Notes: generated by a model not told the origin, from the sequence alone. DNA of 64,000 bases from an uncultured Flavipsychrobacter sp. (GCA_964461535.1 CAYWUY010000001.1:16784-80783); one strand, 5' to 3'. Shown: positions 27,398-36,927, numbered from the stretch's first letter. Numbers and translations are program-made.

Positions 27398-27536
27398 TAT
27401 CAGCTATCATTTTATTAAATTAATAAATATAAACAAATACTATAATCACTAAAGGCCCTTACAAGCTTAGCGTTGAGGGTGCAAAATTACCGCAAAATAT
27501 CCAGTCGAGAAATTTATTTTGTGTTAAGTTAGGCGC

Positions 27537-29417
27537 TTAACCCAGCATATCTTCCAGCGTTTCTTTTTTTACCAGTACAAACACTTTCTTGCCATTAGGC
27601 GTATACTCCGGTTGGCTACAGGCAAATAATTCGTCTATCAATGCACGTTGTCCGTCAGAGTGAAATATATTAGACTTGCTTCTAGATAATCGGCGTGCCA
27701 TATGTGCCAGCAAACTATCGGTACGCTTACCAGCTATGTCTGTAGCTTCATGTTTTAAATGCTCTACTACCTCATCTATTACATGCTTTTCTTCGCCGGG
27801 ACTTAACTCTGAAGGTACACCTTGCACCACAAAGGTATGGTTGCCAAATGGGGTAATATCAAAACCTATTCTCGCCATATCTGGCAATACCTCTGTCAGT
27901 AATATTGAGTCAGACGGGCTTAATTCGTATGAAGTAGGAAACAATACCTGCTGCGATGGAGCCGAACTGTTGTTATACTGCTCTAATAATCGCTCATACC
28001 ATATTCTTTCTAGGGCACGGCGCACATGTACCAGCATCATACCCGATTTTACAGGTGTAGCTAAAATATCGCCATGTATAAGCAAGGTTGTATTTGCTGC
28101 ATCTGTAGAGTGGTGGCTATCGGTATACAAGGTACTTTGCGAGGGTATAGTCTGCACACTGGGAAAACCCTGTACACTTTCATCCGGAGCCAATTGGTCA
28201 TGGGTAGGGTCAGCATCAGTCAGCGGGTTCTTTGCTATCTCATACAAGTCTTTCCACTGTCTTAGGCTATCCTTTTTTTCTATAAAATGAGCTTGATTCC
28301 TATCTGTAAATACATTAAACAAATACTTCTTCTCTGTTTCTTGGCGAGTAACATCTGTTACCGGCATTTGCAAAGAAGACAACTGCTGTATTTCAGGGTT
28401 TAAAGTAAAATCTATTGATGGAGCAATATTGTAACGTGCTAAAGCATGCTTCACCGCCGCATTAATATAGGTATACATCATTCTATCGTCCTCAAACTTC
28501 ACCTCTTGTTTGGTAGGGTGCACGTTTACATCCACTCTAGATGGGTCTACCGTAAGAAATAAGGTATAAAAAGGGAATGCTTCTTTTTCTATTAGTCCTT
28601 CGTAGGCCGACACCACTGCATGGTGCAGATAGGCGCTTTTTATAAATCTGTTATTAATAAAGAAGAACTGCATGCCCCTTGTTCGGGTAGCAGCATCTGG
28701 CTTACCTATAAAACCCTTTATCTCTAATAGTTCTGTACTTTCTTCAGTAGGCACCAGTTTCTTTTCCCAAGTATTACCCAATAGCCCTACAATTCTTGAT
28801 TTTAGGCTGCCTGAAGTAAGGTGGAAATGTTCTACCCCATTATTTATAAGACGAAAAGCCACAGCAGGATAGGCTAATGCCACCCTAGTGAACTCTTCTA
28901 CTATATGTCTAAATTCGGTGGTAGGACTTTTAAGAAAATGACGGCGAGCCGGTACATTATAAAACAGGTTTTTAACCATTATGTTGGTACCCTGATTTAC
29001 AGCGCAAGGCTCTTGCAATTTTACCTCAGTTCCTTCTATTATTATTCTGGTGCCCAACTCGGCATCAGCTGTTTTTGTTTTTAATTCTACTTGTGTAACG
29101 GCAGCTATAGAGGCCAGCGCTTCACCCCTAAAACCCATAGTGCGAATGGTAAACAAGTCCTCAATACTTTTAATTTTTGAGGTGGCATGTCGCTCAAACG
29201 ACATACGAGCATCAGTAGGGCTCATACCCTTACCGTTATCTATTACCTGAATCAGTTCTTTACCTGAATCTTTAATAAATAGCTGTATCTCAGTAGCACC
29301 TGCATCCACGGCATTCTCCAACAACTCTTTTACTGCAGACGCAGGACGCTGTATAACCTCTCCTGCGGCTATCTGATTAGCAATATGATCTGACAATAAC
29401 TGAATGACGTCGGGCAC
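27537..29417 (-). CDS. mutL: DNA mismatch repair endonuclease MutL
   Basis: 626 aa with an apparent GTG start. GHKL ATPase motifs are present (IAAGEVIQRPASAVKELLENAVDAGAT, DNGKGM, GFRGEALASI). The C-terminal dimerisation domain carries an HSDG...ALIDELFAC-type region. Confidence 0.92.
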   Translation of the reverse strand: MPDVIQLLSDHIANQIAAGEVIQRPASAVKELLENAVDAGATEIQLFIKDSGKELIQVIDNGKGMSPTDARMSFERHATSKIKSIEDLFTIRTMGFRGEALASIAAVTQVELKTKTADAELGTRIIIEGTEVKLQEPCAVNQGTNIMVKNLFYNVPARRHFLKSPTTEFRHIVEEFTRVALAYPAVAFRLINNGVEHFHLTSGSLKSRIVGLLGNTWEKKLVPTEESTELLEIKGFIGKPDAATRTRGMQFFFINNRFIKSAYLHHAVVSAYEGLIEKEAFPFYTLFLTVDPSRVDVNVHPTKQEVKFEDDRMMYTYINAAVKHALARYNIAPSIDFTLNPEIQQLSSLQMPVTDVTRQETEKKYLFNVFTDRNQAHFIEKKDSLRQWKDLYEIAKNPLTDADPTHDQLAPDESVQGFPSVQTIPSQSTLYTDSHHSTDAANTTLLIHGDILATPVKSGMMLVHVRRALERIWYERLLEQYNNSSAPSQQVLFPTSYELSPSDSILLTEVLPDMARIGFDITPFGNHTFVVQGVPSELSPGEEKHVIDEVVEHLKHEATDIAGKRTDSLLAHMARRLSRSKSNIFHSDGQRALIDELFACSQPEYTPNGKKVFVLVKKETLEDMLG

Positions 29418-29442
29418 CCTGGTGTATTTTTGTTTTAGCGCC

Positions 29443-29450
29443 CAAAGTTA
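29443..29450 (-). promoter_or_regulatory. -7 promoter box (CAAAGTTA on + strand = TAACTTTG)
   Basis: TAnnTTTG on the minus strand, 26 nt upstream of the mutL start, in the 75-bp radA-mutL spacer. Confidence 0.45.
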
Positions 29451-29492
29451 AGAATATTACCATAGTATGCTATCAGCCAGCTATACATAACA

Positions 29493-30863
29493 TTAAAACA
29501 ACATTCGATATACATCTTCTACCTTGTTAACGGTCTTTACCTCTATTTTAAACTGAGATAAATTCAAACCCTTAGCATTAGCTTTTGGTATAAATATAAC
29601 ATCCATACCTAATTTATCGGCTTCGGCTATTCTTTGGTCTATTCGGTTTACCGCTCTTATCTCTCCACTCAAGCCTATCTCGCCTACCAAACATATATTT
29701 GAAGGCAGTTCTTTGTCCTCATAAGAAGATAATAAAGAACAAACCACTGCCAGCTCTACCGATGGGTCTTCTATTTTCAGCCCTCCGGCCACATTTACAA
29801 ACACATCTTTAGCACCAAAATGAAAACCACCTTTTTTCTCCAGAACAGCTAACAACAACTGCAACCTGCGTGGGTCTAGTCCGCTAACGGTACGTTGGGG
29901 AGTGCCATATACAGCCTGTGTTACCAATGCTTGTATCTCTATCATTATAGGTCTAAGGCCTTCCATAGTAGCCGCAATAGCTATACCACTAAGTGGTTCA
30001 TCATGCTGAGACAATAGTATCTCCGATGGATTGCTTACCGGGCGCATGCCCTGTGTTACCATTTCATAAATGCCTAACTCTGAGGTAGAACCAAAACGAT
30101 TTTTAAGCGTTCTTAATATTCTATAGGCATAATGACGATCGCCTTCAAACTGCAATACGGTATCTACTATATGCTCTAGCACTTTAGGCCCGGCTATAGA
30201 ACCCTCTTTAGTTATATGTCCTATTATAAATATAGGTATGTTACTGGCTTTGGCAAATCGCTGTAGCTCTGCCGCACACTCTCTTACTTGCGACACACTA
30301 CCGGCAGCCGACTCCACATAAGGCGACTCCAGGGTTTGTATAGAATCTACTATCAGCAATTGAGGCTTTACTTTCTTCACCTCCTGAAATACGGTATTAG
30401 TATCCGTGGCATTAAGCAAATACAAATTGTTATTCTTAGCACCTACACGCTCTGCCCTTAGTTTTATTTGCTGAGCACTTTCCTCACCCGATATATATAA
30501 GGTAGTAATTTGCGACCACTGTAAGGCTACCTGCAAAAACAAAGTTGATTTTCCTATACCCGGCTCTCCGGCTACTAGTATTACCGAACCAGGAACCAAG
30601 CCTCCACCTAATACCCTATTCAACTCAGCGTCTGGTGTTACCATACGCGGATGTTCTACATGTACTATATCGTCTAGCCTATGCGCCTTCCTCAGTTCTT
30701 TGCCGGCCTCTTCCCATACCATGTTGTTACGCCCTTTGTCGTCTTTCTGCACTACCTCCTCTACAAAAGTATTCCACGCATTACACGACGGACATTTACC
30801 TGCCCATTTGGGAGATTCGAAACCACACTGTTGACAGAAAAATGCTGATTTGGTTTTTGCCAT
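29493..30863 (-). CDS. radA: DNA repair protein RadA/Sms
   Basis: 456 aa. It has an N-terminal zinc ribbon (CQQCGFESPKWAGKCPSCNAWN), Walker A (GEPGIGKST) and the KNRFG motif. A Lon-like C-terminal domain is present. Confidence 0.93.
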   Translation of the reverse strand: MAKTKSAFFCQQCGFESPKWAGKCPSCNAWNTFVEEVVQKDDKGRNNMVWEEAGKELRKAHRLDDIVHVEHPRMVTPDAELNRVLGGGLVPGSVILVAGEPGIGKSTLFLQVALQWSQITTLYISGEESAQQIKLRAERVGAKNNNLYLLNATDTNTVFQEVKKVKPQLLIVDSIQTLESPYVESAAGSVSQVRECAAELQRFAKASNIPIFIIGHITKEGSIAGPKVLEHIVDTVLQFEGDRHYAYRILRTLKNRFGSTSELGIYEMVTQGMRPVSNPSEILLSQHDEPLSGIAIAATMEGLRPIMIEIQALVTQAVYGTPQRTVSGLDPRRLQLLLAVLEKKGGFHFGAKDVFVNVAGGLKIEDPSVELAVVCSLLSSYEDKELPSNICLVGEIGLSGEIRAVNRIDQRIAEADKLGMDVIFIPKANAKGLNLSQFKIEVKTVNKVEDVYRMLF

Positions 30864-30956
30864 GCAACGAAGTTACACACATGCAAGCAAGGGGAAACAT
30901 TTAGTGGATATGTTGTAAGGGAATTGAGTAAAAGAAATGATAATTTTTTAAATAAT

Positions 30957-30986
30957 GAGAGCCGCCGGAGGAATCCGGCAGCTCTT
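30957..30986. other. GC-rich imperfect hairpin in a 484-bp non-coding region
   Basis: GAGAGC-c-GCCGG / AGGAAT loop / CCGGC-a-GCTCTT. No adjacent U-tract on either strand, so it is not an obvious terminator. Confidence 0.4.
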
Positions 30987-31180
30987 ACTTACTAACCCAT
31001 TAAATTCACAACTAGGGCAAAAGTAATCATTAGGGTAGTAGAAACAAAATGAAGCCACATGATTTAACTATTGTTTTTTTTAATATGCGAAGTATTTACA
31101 TTATTTAATCTGTAAGTAACTGATAATCAATTACTATACAAATACATTAGTCTACCAATCTAATTAAGCATTTTCATATT

Positions 31181-31189
31181 TGTGGATAA
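31181..31189 (-). promoter_or_regulatory. Perfect DnaA box (TGTGGATAA = TTATCCACA on the minus strand)
   Basis: Exact 9-mer match to the TTATCCACA consensus in the radA-pepF intergenic region. Confidence 0.4.
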
Positions 31190-31247
31190 CTTATGCCGGG
31201 CTAAACCGAAACACATATACTATTTACACCATACCAACAAGGGGTTT

Positions 31248-31256
31248 ATATCCACA
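31248..31256 (+). promoter_or_regulatory. Near-consensus DnaA box (ATATCCACA)
   Basis: 8/9 match to TTATCCACA, in opposite orientation to the box at 31181 and 59 nt from it. Confidence 0.3.
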
Positions 31257-31347
31257 AAAGCAGAAAATATGCATCATGCAGATTGGTGTAACTATAACAA
31301 TTATTTTCTGGTTTAGTGTTGTAATTTGCACTGACTAAACATAACAT

Positions 31348-33081
31348 ATGATACAACGAGAATTTGTGCCTATTGAGAAATTAAAACGTAGTTACCTCCC
31401 TGATAATTTTACTGTAACCAATTGGGCAAGCTTACAACCCTACTTTGATGAATTAAAAAATAGACCGCTAGATAATAAAGAAGTACTAGAACAGTGGCTG
31501 AAAGATGTAAGTGAGCTGGAAGCTGTAGTAAGCGAAGATGCTTGCTGGAGACAAATAAATATGACGCTGGACACTACCAATAAAAGCTATGAAGAAGCCT
31601 TTACTTTCTTCTGTATGGAGATAGAACCGGCTATGAAGCCTTATGCTTTTGAGCTTAACAAAAAACTATTGGAGTGCCCTTATAAAGATGCACTTGATAC
31701 TAATGAATACTTTCCTTATTTACGCAGTGTATCTAATTCGGTAGCCCTTTATAGAGAGGAGAATGTAGCCATACAAGCTGAGTTGAGTCTTAAAGCGCAG
31801 CAATTCGGGGCTATTTCAGGTGCTATGAGTATAGAGGTGGACGGAAAGGAATATACTTTGCAACAAGCAGCCAAGCTACTGCAAAGCCCTGATCGCCAGT
31901 ACAGAGAAACCGTATTTAGAAAAATTGCAGAGCGCAGACTACAAGATAAAGACAAGCTGAACCAGTTATTCGACGAGCTCATAACAAGACGTCACACGGT
32001 AGCATTAAATGCCGGTTTTGATAATTACCGCGACTATAAGTTCAGGGAGTTAGGTCGTTTTGATTATACTATTGAAGATTGCTTCGCATTTCATGAAGCA
32101 GTAAAAGAACACATATTACCCCTACAAAAAATGCTTAGCGAACATCGCCAACGCAAACTGGGATATGATGTTATGAAGCCTTGGGATACTGATGCCGAAC
32201 CGGAAGGCACACTGCCACTGCAACCATTTAAAGATGGCAACGAACTTACCGACAAAGCCATAGCTGTGTTTGACAAGCTTCGCCCCTTCTTTAGTGGCTG
32301 CCTGCGTACCATGAAAACTATGCAGCGCTTAGACCTAGAAAGCCGCAAAGGCAAAGCACCGGGTGGCTACAACTGTCCGCTGGCTGAAACAGGAGTACCA
32401 TTTATATTTATGAATGCTGCCGGGACCATGAGCGACGTTATTACCATGATGCACGAAGGGGGACATGCCATTCATTCTTTCTTGGCACACCATAAACCAC
32501 TTTCTGCTTTTAAAGAATATCCTATGGAGATAGCCGAGCTGGCCAGTATGAGTATGGAGCTCTTCTCTATGGAGCATTGGGATATATTCTTTAATAACGA
32601 ACAAGAGCTGCATCGCGCTAAACTGGAAGAACTAGAGCGTTGTATATCTGTACTACCATGGATAGCTACAATAGATAAATTCCAACATTGGATATATACC
32701 CACCCTGGCCACAGCGTTAGCGATAGGGAAGCCGCTTGGAAGGAAATATTATCAGAATTCTCCAATGGCATTACCGACTGGACAGGCTTTGACGAATACC
32801 GCGCTAACTTCTGGCAAAAACAATTGCATTTGTTTGAAGTACCATTCTATTATATAGAATATGGTATAGCACAGTTGGGGGCACTAGCTATGTGGCGCCA
32901 ATACCGCACCAATAAAGAGCAAGCACTTGACAACTATATGGCCGCATTGAGCGAGGGCTACACCAAAACGTTGAAAGAGCTGTACAGTATAGCAGGTATT
33001 CAGTTCGATTTATCTCCGGCATACGTTAAAGAACTTTCTAATTTTATAGCACCTATTATAAAAGATATGATGCACGACTAA
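31348..33081 (+). CDS. M3-family oligoendopeptidase (PepF-like)
   Basis: 577 aa. The zinc motif MMHEGGHAIH has a downstream Glu (EIAELAS). Overall length and layout match M3B oligoendopeptidase F. Confidence 0.85.
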   Translation: MIQREFVPIEKLKRSYLPDNFTVTNWASLQPYFDELKNRPLDNKEVLEQWLKDVSELEAVVSEDACWRQINMTLDTTNKSYEEAFTFFCMEIEPAMKPYAFELNKKLLECPYKDALDTNEYFPYLRSVSNSVALYREENVAIQAELSLKAQQFGAISGAMSIEVDGKEYTLQQAAKLLQSPDRQYRETVFRKIAERRLQDKDKLNQLFDELITRRHTVALNAGFDNYRDYKFRELGRFDYTIEDCFAFHEAVKEHILPLQKMLSEHRQRKLGYDVMKPWDTDAEPEGTLPLQPFKDGNELTDKAIAVFDKLRPFFSGCLRTMKTMQRLDLESRKGKAPGGYNCPLAETGVPFIFMNAAGTMSDVITMMHEGGHAIHSFLAHHKPLSAFKEYPMEIAELASMSMELFSMEHWDIFFNNEQELHRAKLEELERCISVLPWIATIDKFQHWIYTHPGHSVSDREAAWKEILSEFSNGITDWTGFDEYRANFWQKQLHLFEVPFYYIEYGIAQLGALAMWRQYRTNKEQALDNYMAALSEGYTKTLKELYSIAGIQFDLSPAYVKELSNFIAPIIKDMMHD

Positions 33082-33282
33082 AAAAAGCATCACCTATTAA
33101 ATATTTAATGAAAATGTGCGGGTAAGTATTGCAATATCTATTTTATACTATATTTGCTATGCTTACCTGCATATTATAACTATAAAACAGACCATATCTT
33201 ATTGGTCATTATTTTAAAAAAGTAACAAACTAAAAACATAACAAAGGGTATTTACCCGTATGTCAATACTTAAAGCTATTTA

Positions 33283-34044
33283 ATGGAATATAATACCACG
33301 CGTAGTCAGTTGATGATGCCGGAATATGGCCGCAACGTGCAGAAGATGATAGAGTTTTTAACCACTATCGAGGATAGAGAGAAAAGACTAAGAAATGCCG
33401 AAGTGATCATTGAACTGATGGGGACATTAAATCCTCATTTGAAAACCATAGAAGACTATAAACATAAGCTTTGGGATCATTTGTATCAAATGACAAACTT
33501 CAACTTAGAAGTAGACTCTCCTTATCCTCCACCTACGCGCGAATCTGTATTTAAAAAACCTAAAGTATTAGACTATCCACAATCTTCTATTCGCCACAGG
33601 CACCTAGGAAAAAATCTTGATGAGTTGCTGGAAAAAGCACTTGCAGAAACAGACCGCGAAAAACGCCAAGGCCTAACACAAGCTATAGGCTACTATATGA
33701 AGCTAGCCTACGGCAACTGGCATAAAGAACCGGTACATGATGACATGATTAAAAATGAAATTCATGAATTATCGGGTGGTAGACTACAATACGAAACCGG
33801 TGGCTACCGTGTGCAATACGATAATAATCGTCCGCAGTTTAAGCATAAGAATAACAACAATAATAATCGCAATTTTAAAAACAATAATAACCAAGGCGGT
33901 CAGCAGCGTAATAACAACTTCCGCGATAGGGATAACAGAGATAATAGAGACAACCGCGACAATAGAGATAATGGCGGCAACGGCGGCGGATACAATAAGT
34001 ACAAGAATAACAACAATAAATACAAGAACAACAAGAATAAATAA
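33283..34044 (+). CDS. DUF4290-family protein with an Asn/Arg/Asp-rich low-complexity tail
   Basis: 253 aa. The N-terminal region of about 175 aa (MPEYGRNVQKMIEFL...LNPHLK...WDHL) matches the conserved protein found directly upstream of murA in Bacteroidota. The last 75 aa or so are N/R/D/K/G-rich (DNRDNRDNRDNRDN). Confidence 0.7.
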   Translation: MEYNTTRSQLMMPEYGRNVQKMIEFLTTIEDREKRLRNAEVIIELMGTLNPHLKTIEDYKHKLWDHLYQMTNFNLEVDSPYPPPTRESVFKKPKVLDYPQSSIRHRHLGKNLDELLEKALAETDREKRQGLTQAIGYYMKLAYGNWHKEPVHDDMIKNEIHELSGGRLQYETGGYRVQYDNNRPQFKHKNNNNNNRNFKNNNNQGGQQRNNNFRDRDNRDNRDNRDNRDNGGNGGGYNKYKNNNNKYKNNKNK

Positions 34045-34055
34045 TTATCCGCACT

Positions 34056-35360
34056 ATGAATGCTTTTGAAATAAGAGGTGGACGCCAACTAAAAGGTGAC
34101 ATTATACCTCAAGGGGCTAAAAACGAAGCACTGCAAGTATTATGTGCGGCTTTGCTTACCGATGAACCTGTAACACTCAATAATGTTCCTGATATTATTG
34201 ATGTGAATACGCTTATTGAGCTATTGGTAGATATGGGGGTAGTAGTTACTAAAAATGCACCCAACTCTATTACGCTACAGTCATCAGGTATAGACCCGGA
34301 TTATTTCACTACGCACAATTTTAAAAAGAAATCAGGCAAGTTACGTGGTACTGTGATGCTGGCAGGTCCTATGCTAGCGCGCTTTCGTAAAGCCTACATA
34401 CCCCAACCCGGAGGAGACAAAATAGGCCGTAGAAGATTAGACACACACATTTTAGGCTTTGAAAAAATGGGTGTTTCCTTTCAATATGACGTAGAAAACC
34501 AAATGTTTTCACTGGACGGCACTAATTTACATGGCACCTATTTATTAATGGAAGAACCCTCTGTAACGGGTACTGCCAATCTTATAATGGCAGCGGTGTT
34601 AGCAGAAGGTAATACCACTATATATAATGCCGCTTGCGAACCCTATGTGCAACAGCTATGCAAAATGCTGAACAGCATGGGTGCCAAAATAACCGGCATA
34701 AGCAGCAATCTATTGCACATTGAAGGGGTGAAAAAGCTACATGGTTGCACACACCGTCTGCTAGCAGACATGATTGAAGTAGGGTCTTTTATAGGCCTGG
34801 CTGCCATGACACAAAGTGAGATAACCATTAAGAATGCCGATGTTGCACAACTAGGTATTATCCCCGATATGTTTAAGAGAATGGGTATAGACTTCTCTGT
34901 AAACGGAGATGATATATATGTACCTGCTCAAGAACATTACAGGATTCAGAAATTCATAGATGGCTCTATACTTACTATATACGATCATCCTTGGCCGGGC
35001 TTTACGCCAGACCTAATAAGTATTATGCTTGTAGTAGCTACCCAGGCTAAAGGCACAGTACTTATACATCAAAAAATGTTTGAGAGCCGTTTATTCTTTG
35101 TAGATAAGCTTATAGAAATGGGTTCTCAGATAGTATTGTGCGACCCACACCGAGCCGTAGTTATAGGTTTAGATAAGCAGGTTCCGCTACGTGGTATAAA
35201 CATGGTATCTCCTGATATACGTGCCGGGGTAGCATTGCTTATTGCAGCACTATCGGCAAATGGTAAGAGTACTATCCAGAATATTCACCAAATAGATAGA
35301 GGCTACGAACGCATAGATGAAAGATTGAATGCATTAGGTGCCGACATAAAAAGAATTTAA
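34056..35360 (+). CDS. murA: UDP-N-acetylglucosamine 1-carboxyvinyltransferase
   Basis: 434 aa. It contains GAKNEALQVLCAALLTDEPVTLNNVPDI. The active-site loop is of the Asp type (PGGDKIGRRRLDTH). The C-terminus IDRGYERIDERLNALGADI is typical of MurA. Confidence 0.93.
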   Translation: MNAFEIRGGRQLKGDIIPQGAKNEALQVLCAALLTDEPVTLNNVPDIIDVNTLIELLVDMGVVVTKNAPNSITLQSSGIDPDYFTTHNFKKKSGKLRGTVMLAGPMLARFRKAYIPQPGGDKIGRRRLDTHILGFEKMGVSFQYDVENQMFSLDGTNLHGTYLLMEEPSVTGTANLIMAAVLAEGNTTIYNAACEPYVQQLCKMLNSMGAKITGISSNLLHIEGVKKLHGCTHRLLADMIEVGSFIGLAAMTQSEITIKNADVAQLGIIPDMFKRMGIDFSVNGDDIYVPAQEHYRIQKFIDGSILTIYDHPWPGFTPDLISIMLVVATQAKGTVLIHQKMFESRLFFVDKLIEMGSQIVLCDPHRAVVIGLDKQVPLRGINMVSPDIRAGVALLIAALSANGKSTIQNIHQIDRGYERIDERLNALGADIKRI

Positions 35361-35438
35361 GCCCCTAAAGTTTAACCATATACCCCAAATAAGCTAACAT
35401 TTCAAAATACAAACAAGTATATTTACATTTAAGAGTAT

Positions 35439-35600
35439 ATGATACTGCGCAGCTTATTATACATTATTTCGGCTATACTTTTTTTAGGCTGGTTGGTGGG
35501 TTTCTTTATCTATAAAGGAGGGCCACTTATACATATGATGTTAGCCTTATCTGTAGTGTCACTAGTTATTGCCCTCTTTAGAAAAGAAGGTTTGGAATAG
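35439..35600 (+). CDS. Small two-TM membrane protein (lmo0937-like family); absent from the ORF track because it is under 60 aa
   Basis: My translation is MILRSLLYIISAILFLGWLVGFFIYKGGPLIHMMLALSVVSLVIALFRKEGLE* (53 aa). The pattern of two hydrophobic helices joined by a G-G-x-[LI]-IH turn resembles the lmo0937 family of small membrane proteins. Confidence 0.5.
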   Translation: MILRSLLYIISAILFLGWLVGFFIYKGGPLIHMMLALSVVSLVIALFRKEGLE

Positions 35601-35675
35601 GCTTAAATATTTATAACCAACCATATACACATTAAAAATACAATACTGTAAATTCAATTTTCACTTGTTAGCTAT

Positions 35676-35684
35676 TTATCCACA
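35676..35684 (+). promoter_or_regulatory. Perfect DnaA box (TTATCCACA) upstream of dnaN
   Basis: Exact consensus 9-mer, 63 nt upstream of the dnaN ATG and 37 nt upstream of the -7 box. Confidence 0.5.
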
Positions 35685-35720
35685 AAGCTATTAGCAGCCA
35701 TAGGCTTGCCATCTATTTAT

Positions 35721-35728
35721 TATCTTTG
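35721..35728 (+). promoter_or_regulatory. -7 promoter box (TATCTTTG)
   Basis: TAnnTTTG, 18 nt upstream of the ATG at 35747. Confidence 0.5.
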
Positions 35729-35746
35729 TTGCAAACATTGATATTC

Positions 35747-36868
35747 ATGCGTTTCATAGTAACGTCAACAGCTTTACTTAAGAGCCTGCAACAGATTAGC
35801 GGGGTAATTAGTACCAATACAGTACTTACAGTTTTAGAGGATTGTTTGTTTGAATTAAGGGGCAATACGCTTACGCTTACTGCTACCGACTTGGAAACGA
35901 TGATGCGTGTACAAATGGAAGTAGGCGATTCAGAGGGTGAAGGACGTATATGTATTCCTTCTAAAATATTAACGGAATACTTGAAAAATCTGCCTGATCA
36001 GCCTATTAACTTCAATATTAACGAGCAAGACCTTTCAATAGAAATGTCTAGCAATGTAGGTAAATACCGCATCACAGGCGAACCTGCCAACGATTTCCCT
36101 AAAGAACCATCTCCAACTGATACTTCTGCCTTCAGCATGCCATCCATAGCATTGCTAGAAAGCATTAATAAAACCTTGTTTGCGGTAAGTAGCGATACGC
36201 TACGTCCGGCTATGACGGGTGTATACTTTGAGTTGAGCCCAACAGGCATCACATTTGTATCTACCGATGCACAGCGCTTAGTACAGTTTCGCCGTAGCGA
36301 TGTGAACTGCCCTGCTCAAGAAGGATTTGTAGTACCTAAAAAGCCTTTACAACAATTAAAAGCTACCCTACCGGCCGATGCTACCATGCTACAGCTAGCG
36401 TATAATAGTAGCCATTTATTTGTAACCAGCGAAAAATTCAGCCTAAGCTGTAGACTTATAGATGCACGCTTCCCTGATTATAAAGCTGTAATACCTAAAG
36501 AAAATCCTTATAGCTTAATCATAAATCGCGCTGATTTTACCAGCGCACTACGCCGTGTAAGTATTTTTGCCAATAAATCTACCAATCAGGTAATGCTTGA
36601 TATTAATGGCAATTCTGTACAAGTAAGCTCACAAGACATAGATTTCTCTTATGAGGGTAAAGAAATGCTGAGCTGCCAGTACAAAGGCGAAGACATGAAA
36701 ATAGCCTTTAATGCCAAACTGATGATAGAACTTATCAACAACTTGGAAGGCAGTGAAGTATTATTAGAATTAAGTGCACCAACACGTGCAGGTATCTTCA
36801 AACCTGTAGAAGCTACAGAAAATGAAGAATTACTAACCTTGTTGATGCCATTGATGGTGGGTATCTAA
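35747..36868 (+). CDS. dnaN: DNA polymerase III beta subunit (sliding clamp)
   Basis: 373 aa from ATG 35747 (MRFIVTSTALLKSLQQISGVI...); the track ORF starts at an upstream TTG. It has three-domain clamp length, the central DARFPDYKAVIP motif, and ends LLMPLMVGI. Confidence 0.9.
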   Translation: MRFIVTSTALLKSLQQISGVISTNTVLTVLEDCLFELRGNTLTLTATDLETMMRVQMEVGDSEGEGRICIPSKILTEYLKNLPDQPINFNINEQDLSIEMSSNVGKYRITGEPANDFPKEPSPTDTSAFSMPSIALLESINKTLFAVSSDTLRPAMTGVYFELSPTGITFVSTDAQRLVQFRRSDVNCPAQEGFVVPKKPLQQLKATLPADATMLQLAYNSSHLFVTSEKFSLSCRLIDARFPDYKAVIPKENPYSLIINRADFTSALRRVSIFANKSTNQVMLDINGNSVQVSSQDIDFSYEGKEMLSCQYKGEDMKIAFNAKLMIELINNLEGSEVLLELSAPTRAGIFKPVEATENEELLTLLMPLMVGI

Positions 36869-36900
36869 TCTTTATTATATATCAGTGTTAATGTTTAGTG

Positions 36901-36927
36901 GCGGCTGCATTATTGCAGCCGCTTTTT
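36901..36927 (+). terminator. Rho-independent terminator of dnaN
   Basis: Perfect 9-bp stem GCGGCTGCA/TGCAGCCGC with loop TTAT, followed by TTTTT. Confidence 0.75.

Noticed and set aside
27676-28290. 204-aa ORF on the + strand inside mutL
   Set aside because: It lies entirely antisense to a well-supported mutL coding region. Its Ser/Cys/Leu-rich composition is typical of shadow frames, and there is no promoter box or recognisable domain.
30864-31347. Calling this region the chromosomal replication origin
   Set aside because: Only one perfect and one or two imperfect DnaA boxes are present. I could define no clear DUE-type repeat set, and dnaA is not adjacent. It is kept as a low-interest finding rather than a feature call.
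33755-34102. Alternative-frame and antisense ORFs (104, 75 and 62 aa) across the DUF4290 tail and murA start
   Set aside because: They are generated by the triplet-repeat, low-complexity DNA of the Asn/Arg/Asp tail, and they overlap two well-supported genes.
35726-35746. Upstream TTG/GTG-initiated extensions in the ORF track
   Set aside because: The extensions affect dnaN (35726), the response regulator (40083), the thioredoxin-like gene (46000), the S41 peptidase (53725), the DUF4397 gene (56648), the outer-membrane protein (24674) and the NUDIX gene (16827). In each case an in-frame ATG slightly downstream gives a canonical N-terminus or signal peptide. The extension often overlaps the predicted promoter.
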